Source of the DNA: a virus
Taxonomy: Duplodnaviria > Caudoviricetes
DNA length: 61,520 nt
Strand: one strand, 5' to 3'
IMG/VR virus record: IMGVR_UViG_3300036398_003753
Location: 1-61,520 of that record
Shown: in pieces, positions 45,270 through 54,350 of the stretch
How positions within the stretch are numbered: position 1 is the stretch's first letter
How the letters are laid out: each line of letters begins with the position of its first letter
Program-made: the position numbers and the translations under genes
Notes under the pieces: generated by a model
The model's input: only the letters and a program-made list of their open reading frames with translations
Database searches by the model: none
Told to the model about the DNA's origin: nothing

Positions 45270-46184
45270 ATGGCTATTACACGTTCCCAACTTGTTAAAG
45301 AACTGGAGCCAGGTCTCAACGCTCTGTTCGGCTTGGAGTACAAGCGCTACGAAAACGAGCACGAGGAGATCTTCTCCATCGAGACCTCGGATCGTGCATT
45401 TGAAGAAGAGGTCATGCTGACCGGCTTCGGCTCTGCTCCGGTCAAGACCGAAGGTGCTGGCGTGGCATACGATACCGCTCTGGAATCGTTCACTGCTCGC
45501 TACACCCACGAGACCATCGCTATGGCGTTCGCGCTGACTGAAGAAGCCGTCGAGGACAACCTCTACGACCGTCTGTCTGCTCGCTACACCAAGGCCCTGG
45601 CCCGTTCTATGGCCAACACCAAGCAGGTCAAAGCTGCCTCCGTGTTGAACAACGCCTTCACTGGCGGCCAGTACGCTGGTGGCGACGGTGTGGCTCTGTG
45701 CTCCACCGCTCACCCCACCGCTCTGGGCCCCAACTTCGCCAACCGCCCCACTGTGGCTGCTGACTTGAACGAGACATCCCTCGAACAAGGCATCATCGAC
45801 ATCGCGGCGTTCACGGACGAACGTGGCCTGAAGGTTGCCTTGACCGCACGCAAGATGATCGTTCCTAAGGAACTGCAGTTCACTGCAGAACGCCTGATGA
45901 AGAGCACTTTGCGCACTTCCTCGGCTGATAACGACATCAACGCGATCAAGTCCATGGGCTTGATTCCCGAAGGTTACGCTATCAACCACTACCTGACCGA
46001 GCCTGAGGCATGGTTCCTGATCACCGACGCGCCTAACGGCCTGAAGATGTTCAACCGCTCGCCCATCAAAACCGCCTTCGAAGGCGACTTTGATACCGGT
46101 AACGTACGCTATAAGGCGCGAGAGCGCTATAGCTTCGGCTGGTCGGATCCGAGAGGAATTTACGGATCTCCCGGCGCTGCATAA
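45270..46184 (+). CDS. Major capsid protein
   Basis: LEPGLNALFG, EEAVEDNLY, RYKARERYSFGWSDPRG; strongly biased codons; followed by terminator. Confidence 0.88.
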   Translation: MAITRSQLVKELEPGLNALFGLEYKRYENEHEEIFSIETSDRAFEEEVMLTGFGSAPVKTEGAGVAYDTALESFTARYTHETIAMAFALTEEAVEDNLYDRLSARYTKALARSMANTKQVKAASVLNNAFTGGQYAGGDGVALCSTAHPTALGPNFANRPTVAADLNETSLEQGIIDIAAFTDERGLKVALTARKMIVPKELQFTAERLMKSTLRTSSADNDINAIKSMGLIPEGYAINHYLTEPEAWFLITDAPNGLKMFNRSPIKTAFEGDFDTGNVRYKARERYSFGWSDPRGIYGSPGAA

Positions 46185-46199
46185 GCGTTTGGAAAACAT

Positions 46200-46230
46200 G
46201 AAAAGGGCCCCTTGTGGGCCCTTTTCTTTT
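46200..46230 (+). terminator. Intrinsic terminator after major capsid gene
   Basis: GAAAAGGGCCC-CTTGT-GGGCCCTTTTCTTTT. Confidence 0.85.
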
Positions 46231-46249
46231 GGTGTATATTGCCTTCACT

Positions 46250-46319
46250 CCCGGACTTTCCGGTGTACCTGACGGCTCCGGGCCGACGTCATGCAGGCAG
46301 GTGCACTTCAACCGCATGA
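46250..46319 (+). ncRNA. Candidate structured (pseudoknotted) 5' leader RNA
   Basis: Three interleaved complementary pairs downstream of a TATATT -10-like box; see findings. Confidence 0.4.
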
Positions 46320-46329
46320 GGAACAAATC

Positions 46330-46848
46330 ATGGCAAATACCACCTTCAACGGCCCAGTTCGCTCGCAGAACGGCTTCCAATCTGTCACCGTTAGCCCCAC
46401 CACAGGCGCTGTCACCGTTGACGCCTCGTTTGGCGCTACAACCAGCGTGACCAACCTGACCGCCACCAACCTGGTTTTCACTGACCAGAACCACCCGACA
46501 ACTGCTGCGATCAACGCCACTGCAACCGCCACTGCTGCTCAAGTTGCCACTGGCTACATCACTTCGACATCGGCATCCCCCACTACCATCACACTGCCTA
46601 CTGGCACTTTGCTGGGCGCACAAATTGGCGCAACTCGGGGTACTGTGCTGGAGCTCTACGTGGACAACACCGCTGGTGCAAGCACAGTGACCATCGCTGT
46701 GGCCACAAACGGCATTTTGTCATCGGCTGCTGTGGACACTGCAGGCTCCTTTGGTGACCTGACCATCGCTGCTGGTGCCACAGGTCTGGCACGATTCACC
46801 ATCATGTTCTCCAGCGCCACTGCATACGTGTTCACACGCACTGCCTAA
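46330..46848 (+). CDS. Virion structural protein
   Basis: MANTTFNGPVRSQNGF; Thr/Ala-rich. Confidence 0.7.
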   Translation: MANTTFNGPVRSQNGFQSVTVSPTTGAVTVDASFGATTSVTNLTATNLVFTDQNHPTTAAINATATATAAQVATGYITSTSASPTTITLPTGTLLGAQIGATRGTVLELYVDNTAGASTVTIAVATNGILSSAAVDTAGSFGDLTIAAGATGLARFTIMFSSATAYVFTRTA

Positions 46849-46856
46849 TTAATCTC

Positions 46857-46878
46857 GGGGGCTTCGGCCCCCTGTTTT
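46857..46878 (+). terminator. Hairpin / weak terminator
   Basis: GGGGC-TTCG-GCCCC then TGTTTT. Confidence 0.55.
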
Positions 46879-46892
46879 AAAGGAGATTGATT

Positions 46893-47183
46893 ATGTTTCA
46901 GTTTGACGTACGATCGAAAACGATGACCGTTACTGGTGCCACAGGCATCGGTATTCCTCGTGCTCGTATCAAATCCATTTACTACGTGGCAGGCACTGCA
47001 GGCTCCATCTCTTTCAAGGATGGCGGGGCCAGCGGCGAAGAGAAGATTCTCTTGGCTACTCCTGCCAGCACTGCGGGCAATGGCTCCACTTACGTCCTGG
47101 TTCCCGGCGACGGTGTGGTGTTCAACAATGACCCGTACCTCACCATTTCTGGTCCCTCTTCGGTGACCTTCTTCTACGGATAA
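46893..47183 (+). CDS. Small structural protein
   Basis: AAGGAG RBS; PGDGVVF...VTFFYG. Confidence 0.7.
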   Translation: MFQFDVRSKTMTVTGATGIGIPRARIKSIYYVAGTAGSISFKDGGASGEEKILLATPASTAGNGSTYVLVPGDGVVFNNDPYLTISGPSSVTFFYG

Positions 47184-47193
47184 GGAGTCCATC

Positions 47194-47379
47194 ATGGGAC
47201 GAGCAGCAAAAATGTCGATCGACCAGTATCAGGGTGAAGTGCAACCTGGTGCAAACAAGCAGGACATGTCCAAGGGTGGCCCTAAGCAGACTCCTCGCAA
47301 GGACTATCAGAAGCCGTCGGCATCTGTGGCTCCCCGGGGCGTTGGCCAGGCTCGCAACAAACAGTGCAAGATGTACTGA
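47194..47379 (+). CDS. Small basic protein
   Basis: 61 aa; PRGVGQAR. Confidence 0.65.
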   Translation: MGRAAKMSIDQYQGEVQPGANKQDMSKGGPKQTPRKDYQKPSASVAPRGVGQARNKQCKMY

Positions 47380-47381
47380 TC

Positions 47382-47642
47382 ATGGCAAAGTCTCCCGCTT
47401 GGCAACGTAAAGAGGGCAAGGACCCCAAAGGCGGCTTGAACGCCAAAGGTCGTGCCTCCGCAAAGGCTCAGGGCATGAATCTGAAGCCGCCTGCGCCATC
47501 TCCAAAGACCAAGGAAGCAGCAGGGCGCAAAGCGTCCTTCTGCGCCCGGATGGAGGGGATGAAGAGCAAGCTGACAAGCGAGAAGACAGCCAAAGATCCC
47601 GACTCAAGAATTAATAAATCGCTAAGGGCCTGGAAGTGCTGA
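47382..47642 (+). CDS. Small basic phage protein
   Basis: MAKSPAWQRKEGKDPKGGLNAKGRAS...SFCARM...RAWKC. Confidence 0.75.
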   Translation: MAKSPAWQRKEGKDPKGGLNAKGRASAKAQGMNLKPPAPSPKTKEAAGRKASFCARMEGMKSKLTSEKTAKDPDSRINKSLRAWKC

Positions 47643-47643
47643 A

Positions 47644-47889
47644 ATGGAAATGCTGGTTTGGAACATCGTACTGACCGCAATCGTGGCTTTGCTCGGATTT
47701 GTGCTCAAAGAAAAGTTTGCCGAGATCAACCGACTCGGCATTCTGCTTAATCGCACCCGGGAAGAAGTGGCGCGCGATCACATCACCCGTACGGAATTTC
47801 GGGCCGATATGCAGCAGTTGATGGAGCGTTTTGACAGGCTCGAGCGTAAGATCGACAACTTGAGAGGCAACCATGCCCGCAGTGAGTAA
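47644..47889 (+). CDS. Membrane-anchored coiled-coil protein
   Basis: N-terminal TM then ILLNRTREEVAR. Confidence 0.7.
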   Translation: MEMLVWNIVLTAIVALLGFVLKEKFAEINRLGILLNRTREEVARDHITRTEFRADMQQLMERFDRLERKIDNLRGNHARSE

Positions 47890-48232
47890 GAAGCAAAAGC
47901 GCTTGATGGATGCAGCGGCGCACAATCCTGCATTTGCCAAGAAAGTTGGAATTCCAACGTCCGTTGCCAAAGACTTTAGCGAGTCCAGCAAGGGTAAAAA
48001 ATTTAGGAAAGGCGGTGACGCTATGAAGAACTCAGGAACAAAGGCTTACGCCAAAGGCGGCATGGCCATGTCTGGTGTGCCCAAAAAAGGCCAAATCAGC
48101 GCTTCTGGTGCTGATACAGCAGGTCCCACAGCCACCGTCCTGTCCCAGCCCGTCAAGAAGTCGGTCACAGGAGACAGGGTACAGGTCCGCGGTGTAGGTG
48201 CCGCTCGTGCCCGTTCTGCCCGAATCTACTAA
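47873..48232 (+). CDS. Basic protein with KGG motifs
   Basis: MPAVSKKQKRLM...FRKGG...YAKGG...VRGVGAAR. Confidence 0.7.
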   Translation: MPAVSKKQKRLMDAAAHNPAFAKKVGIPTSVAKDFSESSKGKKFRKGGDAMKNSGTKAYAKGGMAMSGVPKKGQISASGADTAGPTATVLSQPVKKSVTGDRVQVRGVGAARARSARIY

Positions 48233-48235
48233 GCC

Positions 48236-48916
48236 ATGACCACTTCCGGCGTCTCCGCTTACAACCTGGACTTCGATGAGATCATCCTCGAAGCGTATGA
48301 GCGCTGCGGTCTCCAGGTTCGTGACGGCTACGACGCTCGGACAGCGCAGCGATCGCTGAATTTGATGTTTGCAGAGTGGTCCAATCGTGGCCTGAATCTG
48401 TGGACGATTGAGCAGCGCGAGGTGGTTTTGACAGCCAACGTGCACGAGTACGACCTGCCTGCTGACACGGTAGATGCCTTGTCGGCGGTGATCCGTACCA
48501 ATGCAGGAACCTCCAACCAGCAGGACATCACGATCGACCGGATTGGCAGTGCTGAGTACCTGCACGTTCCCAATAAGTTCACGCCCTCGCGCCCTGCTCA
48601 GTTCTACGTTCAGCGCACGGTCCCCGCCAAGCTGTTCTTGTATCCTGCCCCGGATGCCACGCAGCAGTACATCTTCCGTTACTACGCCATCCGTCGCATC
48701 CAGGAGACTGGTGCGTTTACGAATACGGCAGACATCTCTTTCCGATTTTTGCCGTGCCTGATTGCGGGCCTCGCTTACTACCTTGCAATCAAGAAGGCTC
48801 CTGACCGCATTCAGATTCTCAAGCAGTTCTACGAAGAAGAATTTGCCCGTGCTGCTGCAGAAGATCGCGAGCGCTCCAGTTACTTTGCTGTACCCACGTA
48901 CAGAGGAGAGAACTGA
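48236..48916 (+). CDS. Head-tail adaptor-like protein
   Basis: EAYERCG, EWSNRGLNLW, RFLPCLIAGLAYYL. Confidence 0.65.
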   Translation: MTTSGVSAYNLDFDEIILEAYERCGLQVRDGYDARTAQRSLNLMFAEWSNRGLNLWTIEQREVVLTANVHEYDLPADTVDALSAVIRTNAGTSNQQDITIDRIGSAEYLHVPNKFTPSRPAQFYVQRTVPAKLFLYPAPDATQQYIFRYYAIRRIQETGAFTNTADISFRFLPCLIAGLAYYLAIKKAPDRIQILKQFYEEEFARAAAEDRERSSYFAVPTYRGEN

Positions 48917-49251
48917 TGACCGCTGGGTACGCATCAGGCAAGTTTGCGATTGCGCTGTGCGACCAGTGTGGACAGCGGTTTAAGCTCAACCTGCTCATCA
49001 AGGATTGGAAGGGGTTTAAGGTCTGCACTGAGTGCTATGAGCCAAAGCACCCGCAGCTTGAGCCAAAACGAAACATCAATGAGCCCCAGGCCTTGTATCA
49101 GCCCAGACCGGAGGCTCGAATGGGCGTTACAGTGTATGTAGGCTTCACGGCAGATACTTCCTTTGCAAGTATCGGCATGCAGCCAATGCCGCCTTCAAAA
49201 CAGTTGGTGGCAGGTGTCACACTGGGAACAACTAGGACGAGCATCACATGA
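48916..49251 (+). CDS. Zinc-finger-like (two CxxC) phage protein
   Basis: CDQCG...CTECYEPKHPQL. Confidence 0.7.
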   Translation: MTAGYASGKFAIALCDQCGQRFKLNLLIKDWKGFKVCTECYEPKHPQLEPKRNINEPQALYQPRPEARMGVTVYVGFTADTSFASIGMQPMPPSKQLVAGVTLGTTRTSIT

Positions 49252-50093
49252 ACTACACCGAATTAAGCAGTGCAATTCAGGCGTATACGGAGAATACGGA
49301 AACAGCCTTTGTTGCCAATATTCCAGTATTTGTTCGTCAGGCAGAGCAGCGCATTTACAACACGGTGCAGGTTGCGAACTTGCGCAAAAACATGACGGGT
49401 ACCTTGTCTGCAGGAAACAAGTATCTGGCGTGCCCAGGAGACTTCTTGTCGACGTATTCCTTGGCCATCTATGCTCAACCAAGCACAACTGCCACGGGAG
49501 TGGCCGGACAGCGCACGATCGTTGTAACCAGTGCTGCAGAGATCGTGCCGGGGATGTATGTCTCTGGCACAGGCATTGCCCTTGGCGCGGTGGTGGAGCT
49601 TATCGTAGGAAACACCGTTACGCTCACACTGACCAATACAGGCACAGTCTCTGGAACGGTTGTTTTCCAAGGCGACTATGTTTACTTGCTCAACCGGGAC
49701 GTGAACTACATTCGTCAGGTGTATCCAAACCCGTCTTTCCGAAGCACTCCAAAATACTACGCCATTTTTGGCCCCAACTCGAATAACGTGGACGAGCTTA
49801 CGTTCATCGTCGGCCCTACACCAGACGCGGCATACGCGGCAGAGCTGCATTTTTATTACTACCCTGAATCGATTGTCACTGCAGGCACGTCTTGGTTGGG
49901 CGACAATTTTGACAGCACTCTCCTGTATGGGTCTCTTGTGGAAGCGTACACTTGGATGAAGGGCGAGCAGGATCTTATGGCGCTTTACGACACCAAATTC
50001 AAAGAGGCTCTTGGATTGCTGAAGAACCTGGGTGATGGCAAACAACGTGGCGATGCCTACCTGGATGGTCAGGTCAAGATCCCAGTGAGGTAA
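49248..50093 (+). CDS. Tail adaptor / tail tubular A-like protein with beta insertion
   Basis: AEQRIYN, PKYYA, GPTPD, LLYGSLVEAY. Confidence 0.65.
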   Translation: MNYTELSSAIQAYTENTETAFVANIPVFVRQAEQRIYNTVQVANLRKNMTGTLSAGNKYLACPGDFLSTYSLAIYAQPSTTATGVAGQRTIVVTSAAEIVPGMYVSGTGIALGAVVELIVGNTVTLTLTNTGTVSGTVVFQGDYVYLLNRDVNYIRQVYPNPSFRSTPKYYAIFGPNSNNVDELTFIVGPTPDAAYAAELHFYYYPESIVTAGTSWLGDNFDSTLLYGSLVEAYTWMKGEQDLMALYDTKFKEALGLLKNLGDGKQRGDAYLDGQVKIPVR

Positions 50094-50096
50094 TCA

Positions 50097-50519
50097 ATGA
50101 TCACAGCAGGACTCACCAACAGCTTCAAAGAGCAGCTCCTTTTGGGGGTGCATGATTTCAGCACGGATGTGTTGAAGATTGCTCTGTATACGGCTGACGC
50201 CGAATTGGGTCCGCTTACGCCCGAGTACACCTCTGCCAACGAAGTGGTCGGAACAGCCTATACCGCCACCGGACAAGTCCTGACAGGGGTCATAGTTTCG
50301 TTGTCGGAGAGCCTGGGGATTGCGTATGTGTCATTCAACAACCCCACCTGGACAGCAGCAACTTTTACGACCCGGGGCGCGTTGATTTACAATTCGTCCA
50401 AAGCAGGCAAGTCAATTGCTGTTCTCAATTTTGGCCTGAACCAGTCTGTGCTGAGCCAGCAATTCCAGATCCAGTTGCCGACGAATGATGCGGAAAACGC
50501 GCTAATCCGGGTCAGCTGA
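50097..50519 (+). CDS. Tail structural protein
   Basis: SFKEQLLLGVHDF...KIALY...RGALIYNSS. Confidence 0.7.
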   Translation: MITAGLTNSFKEQLLLGVHDFSTDVLKIALYTADAELGPLTPEYTSANEVVGTAYTATGQVLTGVIVSLSESLGIAYVSFNNPTWTAATFTTRGALIYNSSKAGKSIAVLNFGLNQSVLSQQFQIQLPTNDAENALIRVS

Positions 50520-50528
50520 GGCAAGGAA

Positions 50529-50711
50529 ATGCAGATGACATCTTTCTCCAATTCCAGCTTTACAGCGCGTAGAGCGCCCATATACAATGCCAGCAAGGGC
50601 AACAAAGCAATTGCGGTGTTGAGCTCTGGTTCGGGTAGCACCGAGACCATTTCATCCATTGTGCAGATGCCCGCAAACACGGCTACTTCGGCACTTATCC
50701 GACTTTCATAA
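50529..50711 (+). pseudogene. Truncated paralogue of the C-terminal half of 50097-50519
   Basis: FTARRAPIYNASKGNKAIAVL...SALIRLS vs FTTRGALIYNSSKAGKSIAVL...NALIRVS. Confidence 0.6.
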
Positions 50712-50721
50712 GGAAACTATC

Positions 50722-51306
50722 ATGTTCAATGAAACCGCCCGCTCTACGGACATCGTAGCCGCAGCTTTGGCAACTGCAAGACCTGTAACCGAAGGCGTTG
50801 GAGCGGGGGGCGTTTACACGCTGAAATGCTTTGACAAAGACGGACAACTGAAGTGGGAGACAACCTCGCCCAATTTGGTGGTCAACCAAGGCCTGCAGGA
50901 CATGAACACCAAGTACTTCTCGGGTTCTAGCTACACCGCTACTTGGTTCCTCGGACTTATTACAGGCCCCGGTTCCGGCACCACCATTGTTGCAGGCGAC
51001 ACCGCGCTTTCTCACACTGGCTGGACTGAGACCAGCGCATACAGCCAGGCCACACGCCCTGCGTGCACATTTGGTACTGCAACGACTGCCGATCCATCCG
51101 TCATCACAAACTCGGCTTCGCCTGCTACTTTCAGCATCAACGGTACCGTCACTGTGGCCGGTGCGTTCCTGATCAGCAACAACACCAAAGGCGGCACAAC
51201 AGGCATTTTGTTCTCTGCCTCTGACTTCTCAGCCCCCGGTGACCGTGCAGTTGTGTCTGGTGACACATTGACAGTTACCTACACTTTCAGCCTCGACGCT
51301 GTTTAA
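50722..51306 (+). CDS. Tail structural protein
   Basis: NLVVNQG...GDTLTVTYTFS; AAGGA RBS. Confidence 0.7.
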   Translation: MFNETARSTDIVAAALATARPVTEGVGAGGVYTLKCFDKDGQLKWETTSPNLVVNQGLQDMNTKYFSGSSYTATWFLGLITGPGSGTTIVAGDTALSHTGWTETSAYSQATRPACTFGTATTADPSVITNSASPATFSINGTVTVAGAFLISNNTKGGTTGILFSASDFSAPGDRAVVSGDTLTVTYTFSLDAV

Positions 51307-51319
51307 TTAGGAGATTGAC

Positions 51320-51499
51320 ATGGCAACAGCATTCAAAAAAGGCGACGCAGTTAAGGTGAACTCCGTTGTGCCGCAAGGTCCCGTTCTCGCCCTGCGCATG
51401 GACGAAGACGGTAACTTCTTTTACTTGGTCGAATGGACTCAAGCTGATGGAGAAACAACCCACCGCTGGTTTCCTGAAGACCAATTGATCGCCGCTTAA
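51320..51499 (+). CDS. 59-aa small beta-barrel-like protein (not in ORF track)
   Basis: AGGAG RBS; MATAFKKGDAVKVNSVVPQGPV...RWFPEDQLIAA. Confidence 0.75.
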   Translation: MATAFKKGDAVKVNSVVPQGPVLALRMDEDGNFFYLVEWTQADGETTHRWFPEDQLIAA

Positions 51500-51518
51500 G
51501 TGCGGCAGGGGCTGACGC

Positions 51519-54335
51519 ATGTTTGGGATCGCACCCTTTGCGACAGTCCCGTTTTCAACCGCTGCGGGTAACGCATACCAAGCCAGTGTCTCCGAGACGG
51601 CTACAGCGGCGGACCTCGTAGCTGCGGTAAGAGCCGCACTGAGCGCTGTTTCTGAGACAGCTACCGCTTCCGATGCGGTAGCAAGTGTCTCGTCTGTCGG
51701 AGGCTCGGTATCAGAGTCTGCCAGAGCTGCAGATGCGGTATCCGGTTCCCAATCAGTTGGGGGCGCTGTATCGGAGTCTGCCAGCGCTGCTGATTCCACG
51801 GCGGGTTCCCAATCAGTTGGGGGCGCTGTATCGGAGTCTGCCAGAGCGTCGGACTCTGTTGCAAGCGCACAGACCATTTCCGGGGCTTTATCTGAGTCTG
51901 CCAGAGCGTCGGATTCCGTAGCAAGTGCACAATCAATTGGGGGCGCTGTTTCTGAAACAGCGCGGGGTACAGACACTGTATCCGGTGCGCAGTCTATTGG
52001 GGGTTCGGTATCCGAGGCCGCTAATGCTGCAGACACCACGTCCGCACTTCGCACGCTGCCTGCGGCTGTTTCTGAAACAGCTACCGCTTCCGATACGGTG
52101 GCAGGGGCACAGTCAGTTGGAAGCTCTGTGTCAGAGTCTGCCACAGGCATTGACACCACGTCCGCACTCCGTACCCTTCCTTCGGCTGTCTCTGAGACAG
52201 CTAATGCTGCTGACACGACGTCTGCGCTTCGCACTCTTCCTTCGGCTGTTTCTGAAACAGCTACGGCTGCAGATTCTGTAGTCAGCTCACAGTCGATTCA
52301 AGGCGCTGTCTCCGAGACCGCTACAGGCGGGGATGCTGTTTCCGCCCTTCGTACCCTTCCTACTGCAGTATCAGAGGCCGCTAACGCCGCCGACACCGTA
52401 TCCGGTGCGCAGTCTATCGGGGGTTCGGTATCAGAGGCCGCTAATGCTGCCGACGCTGTATCCAGTGCGCAGTCTATTGGCGGCTCCGTGTCCGAGTCTG
52501 CTCAATCAGCAGATTCTGTTGCAAGCGCACAGACAGCTCTTGGGACTGTATCCGAGGCCGCCACAGGCATTGACACCACGTCCGCACTTCGCACGCTTCC
52601 TGCAGCGGTGTCAGAAACTGCCAATGCTGCCGACACTGCCGAGAGCCTTCGCACGCTGTTTGGTACTGTCTCCGAAGCTGCCACAGGCGTTGACACTACT
52701 TCCGCCCTGCGAACCCTCCCCGCTACTGTCTCCGAAGCTGCCACAGGCGTTGACACTACGTCCGCTCTTCGCACTTTGCCAGCCGCTGTTTCTGAGGCAT
52801 CTGCGGGTACAGACTCTGTGTCCAGTTCACAGGCTGTTTTGGGCGCGGTAGCAGAGACAGCGCGGGCCACAGATTCCGTATCTGGCTCGCAGTCAATTCA
52901 GGGCGCTGTTTCGGAAACAGCCACGGGCACAGACACTACGTCCGCTCTTCGCACCCTCCCTGCGGCCATCTCGGAAACCGCCACGGGCAGAGACACTACC
53001 ACTGCAAGCACCGCCTTGGCGGGGGCTATTGCAGAATCTGCAACAGCAACGGATTCAACTTCCGCACTTCGCGTTTTCCCCGGCGCAGTTTCGGAATCGG
53101 TGACCGCCAGAGACACTACCTTGGCCGGAGTCACTGTTGTTTCAAGCGTGACAGAGCTTGCCACCGGAACGGACATTGTGGCAGCGGGCTTCCAAGTTTT
53201 AGGTTCGGTGACAGAGAGTGTTTTGACTGCAGATGCTACTTCAGCTAGAAGCACTGTTGGCGGCTCGGTGTCGGAAACAGCTAGGGCAACAGACACGGCA
53301 TCCGCAGCCAGCACCTTGAACGCCTCACTGACAGAAACAGTTTCCGCGCTGGACACTGTCAGTTCCACGCGCTTGTTCCCCAGCAGCATTTCGGAGTCTG
53401 CCCAATCTGCCGACACCGTTGTAGTTGGCACCACACGACCCGCATCGGTAGCCGAGTCCGCGACAGCGGCGGATACTTTGGCGGCGATATTCAGCATAGG
53501 TGGCGTGGTTTCCGAAACAAGCACCGCCGCAGACACGATATCTACGGTTCGTCTTTTCCCCGCCACACTGGCAGAAACAGCTACGGCAACCGACGTTGCC
53601 AGCGCTACACGGCTCCTGCTGGGCACCATTACAGAGTCCGCACAGGCCCTTGACGCAGTGGTCGGGACTTTTGCGCAGCTCGCGTCCGTGTCGGAATCTT
53701 CGACAGCGGCAGACACTACCAGTGCCAGCCCAATAAGTTCAGCTTTTGTGGCAGAACTGGGCACTGCGGCGGACGTCGTTTCTTCTAGGTCTTCGGTTCT
53801 TGCTACGGTTTCGGAGCTTGCCACGGGGTCCGAGCAGGTGTCCACCACCGCACAGTTTGCGGTCAGTACCACAGAAAATGCTGCTGGTCAGGACGCCACG
53901 GCAGGCAGTCTGCTGTTTACGGGGGATGTTGCAGAGCAAGCGCAGGCACAAGACGAAATGGTTGGCGGTTCGGCGTTTTTTAACGCTGTTGCAGAGACCG
54001 CAGAGGCCAGTGACCAGTACGATGGGCTGATTATAAAAAGCGCAGATGTGGAAGAGGCCGCGCAGGCGCAAGAGTCTGTGCAGACTAGCGCCGAGGTTTA
54101 TGCCAGCGTAGATGAGTCTGCGCGGGCGTTGGACGCGCTGCTCGCCACCGCGGCGTTGTTTGCCCGGGTTTCAGATGGCGCGATTGCAGCAGATCAAATT
54201 CTTGCTCGGTTCCTGTGGGAAATCATCGATGACAGCCAATCCGCCGCGTGGCAAAATGTCAACAGCGATCCGGGCACAACATGGCAGGTCGTTAACACGG
54301 CCGAGAGCCCCGACTGGCAGGCCGTCGAAACATAG
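51519..54335 (+). CDS. Ser/Ala/Thr-rich 20-aa repeat virion fibre protein
   Basis: Over 40 imperfect repeats such as GGAVSESARASDSVASAQSI; Trp-spaced C-terminus. Confidence 0.8.
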   Translation: MFGIAPFATVPFSTAAGNAYQASVSETATAADLVAAVRAALSAVSETATASDAVASVSSVGGSVSESARAADAVSGSQSVGGAVSESASAADSTAGSQSVGGAVSESARASDSVASAQTISGALSESARASDSVASAQSIGGAVSETARGTDTVSGAQSIGGSVSEAANAADTTSALRTLPAAVSETATASDTVAGAQSVGSSVSESATGIDTTSALRTLPSAVSETANAADTTSALRTLPSAVSETATAADSVVSSQSIQGAVSETATGGDAVSALRTLPTAVSEAANAADTVSGAQSIGGSVSEAANAADAVSSAQSIGGSVSESAQSADSVASAQTALGTVSEAATGIDTTSALRTLPAAVSETANAADTAESLRTLFGTVSEAATGVDTTSALRTLPATVSEAATGVDTTSALRTLPAAVSEASAGTDSVSSSQAVLGAVAETARATDSVSGSQSIQGAVSETATGTDTTSALRTLPAAISETATGRDTTTASTALAGAIAESATATDSTSALRVFPGAVSESVTARDTTLAGVTVVSSVTELATGTDIVAAGFQVLGSVTESVLTADATSARSTVGGSVSETARATDTASAASTLNASLTETVSALDTVSSTRLFPSSISESAQSADTVVVGTTRPASVAESATAADTLAAIFSIGGVVSETSTAADTISTVRLFPATLAETATATDVASATRLLLGTITESAQALDAVVGTFAQLASVSESSTAADTTSASPISSAFVAELGTAADVVSSRSSVLATVSELATGSEQVSTTAQFAVSTTENAAGQDATAGSLLFTGDVAEQAQAQDEMVGGSAFFNAVAETAEASDQYDGLIIKSADVEEAAQAQESVQTSAEVYASVDESARALDALLATAALFARVSDGAIAADQILARFLWEIIDDSQSAAWQNVNSDPGTTWQVVNTAESPDWQAVET
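51580..54200 (+). repeat. Coding tandem array, 60-bp period
   Basis: Adjacent 60-nt lines align (e.g. 51721, 51781, 51841); degenerates toward the 3' end; boundaries approximate. Confidence 0.85.
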
Positions 54336-54350
54336 CCGTAAGGAAAGAAC

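Noticed and set aside
51580-54200. Regular 60-bp periodicity as a possible CRISPR array
   Set aside because: No constant repeat with unique spacers; variation preserves an open protein repeat
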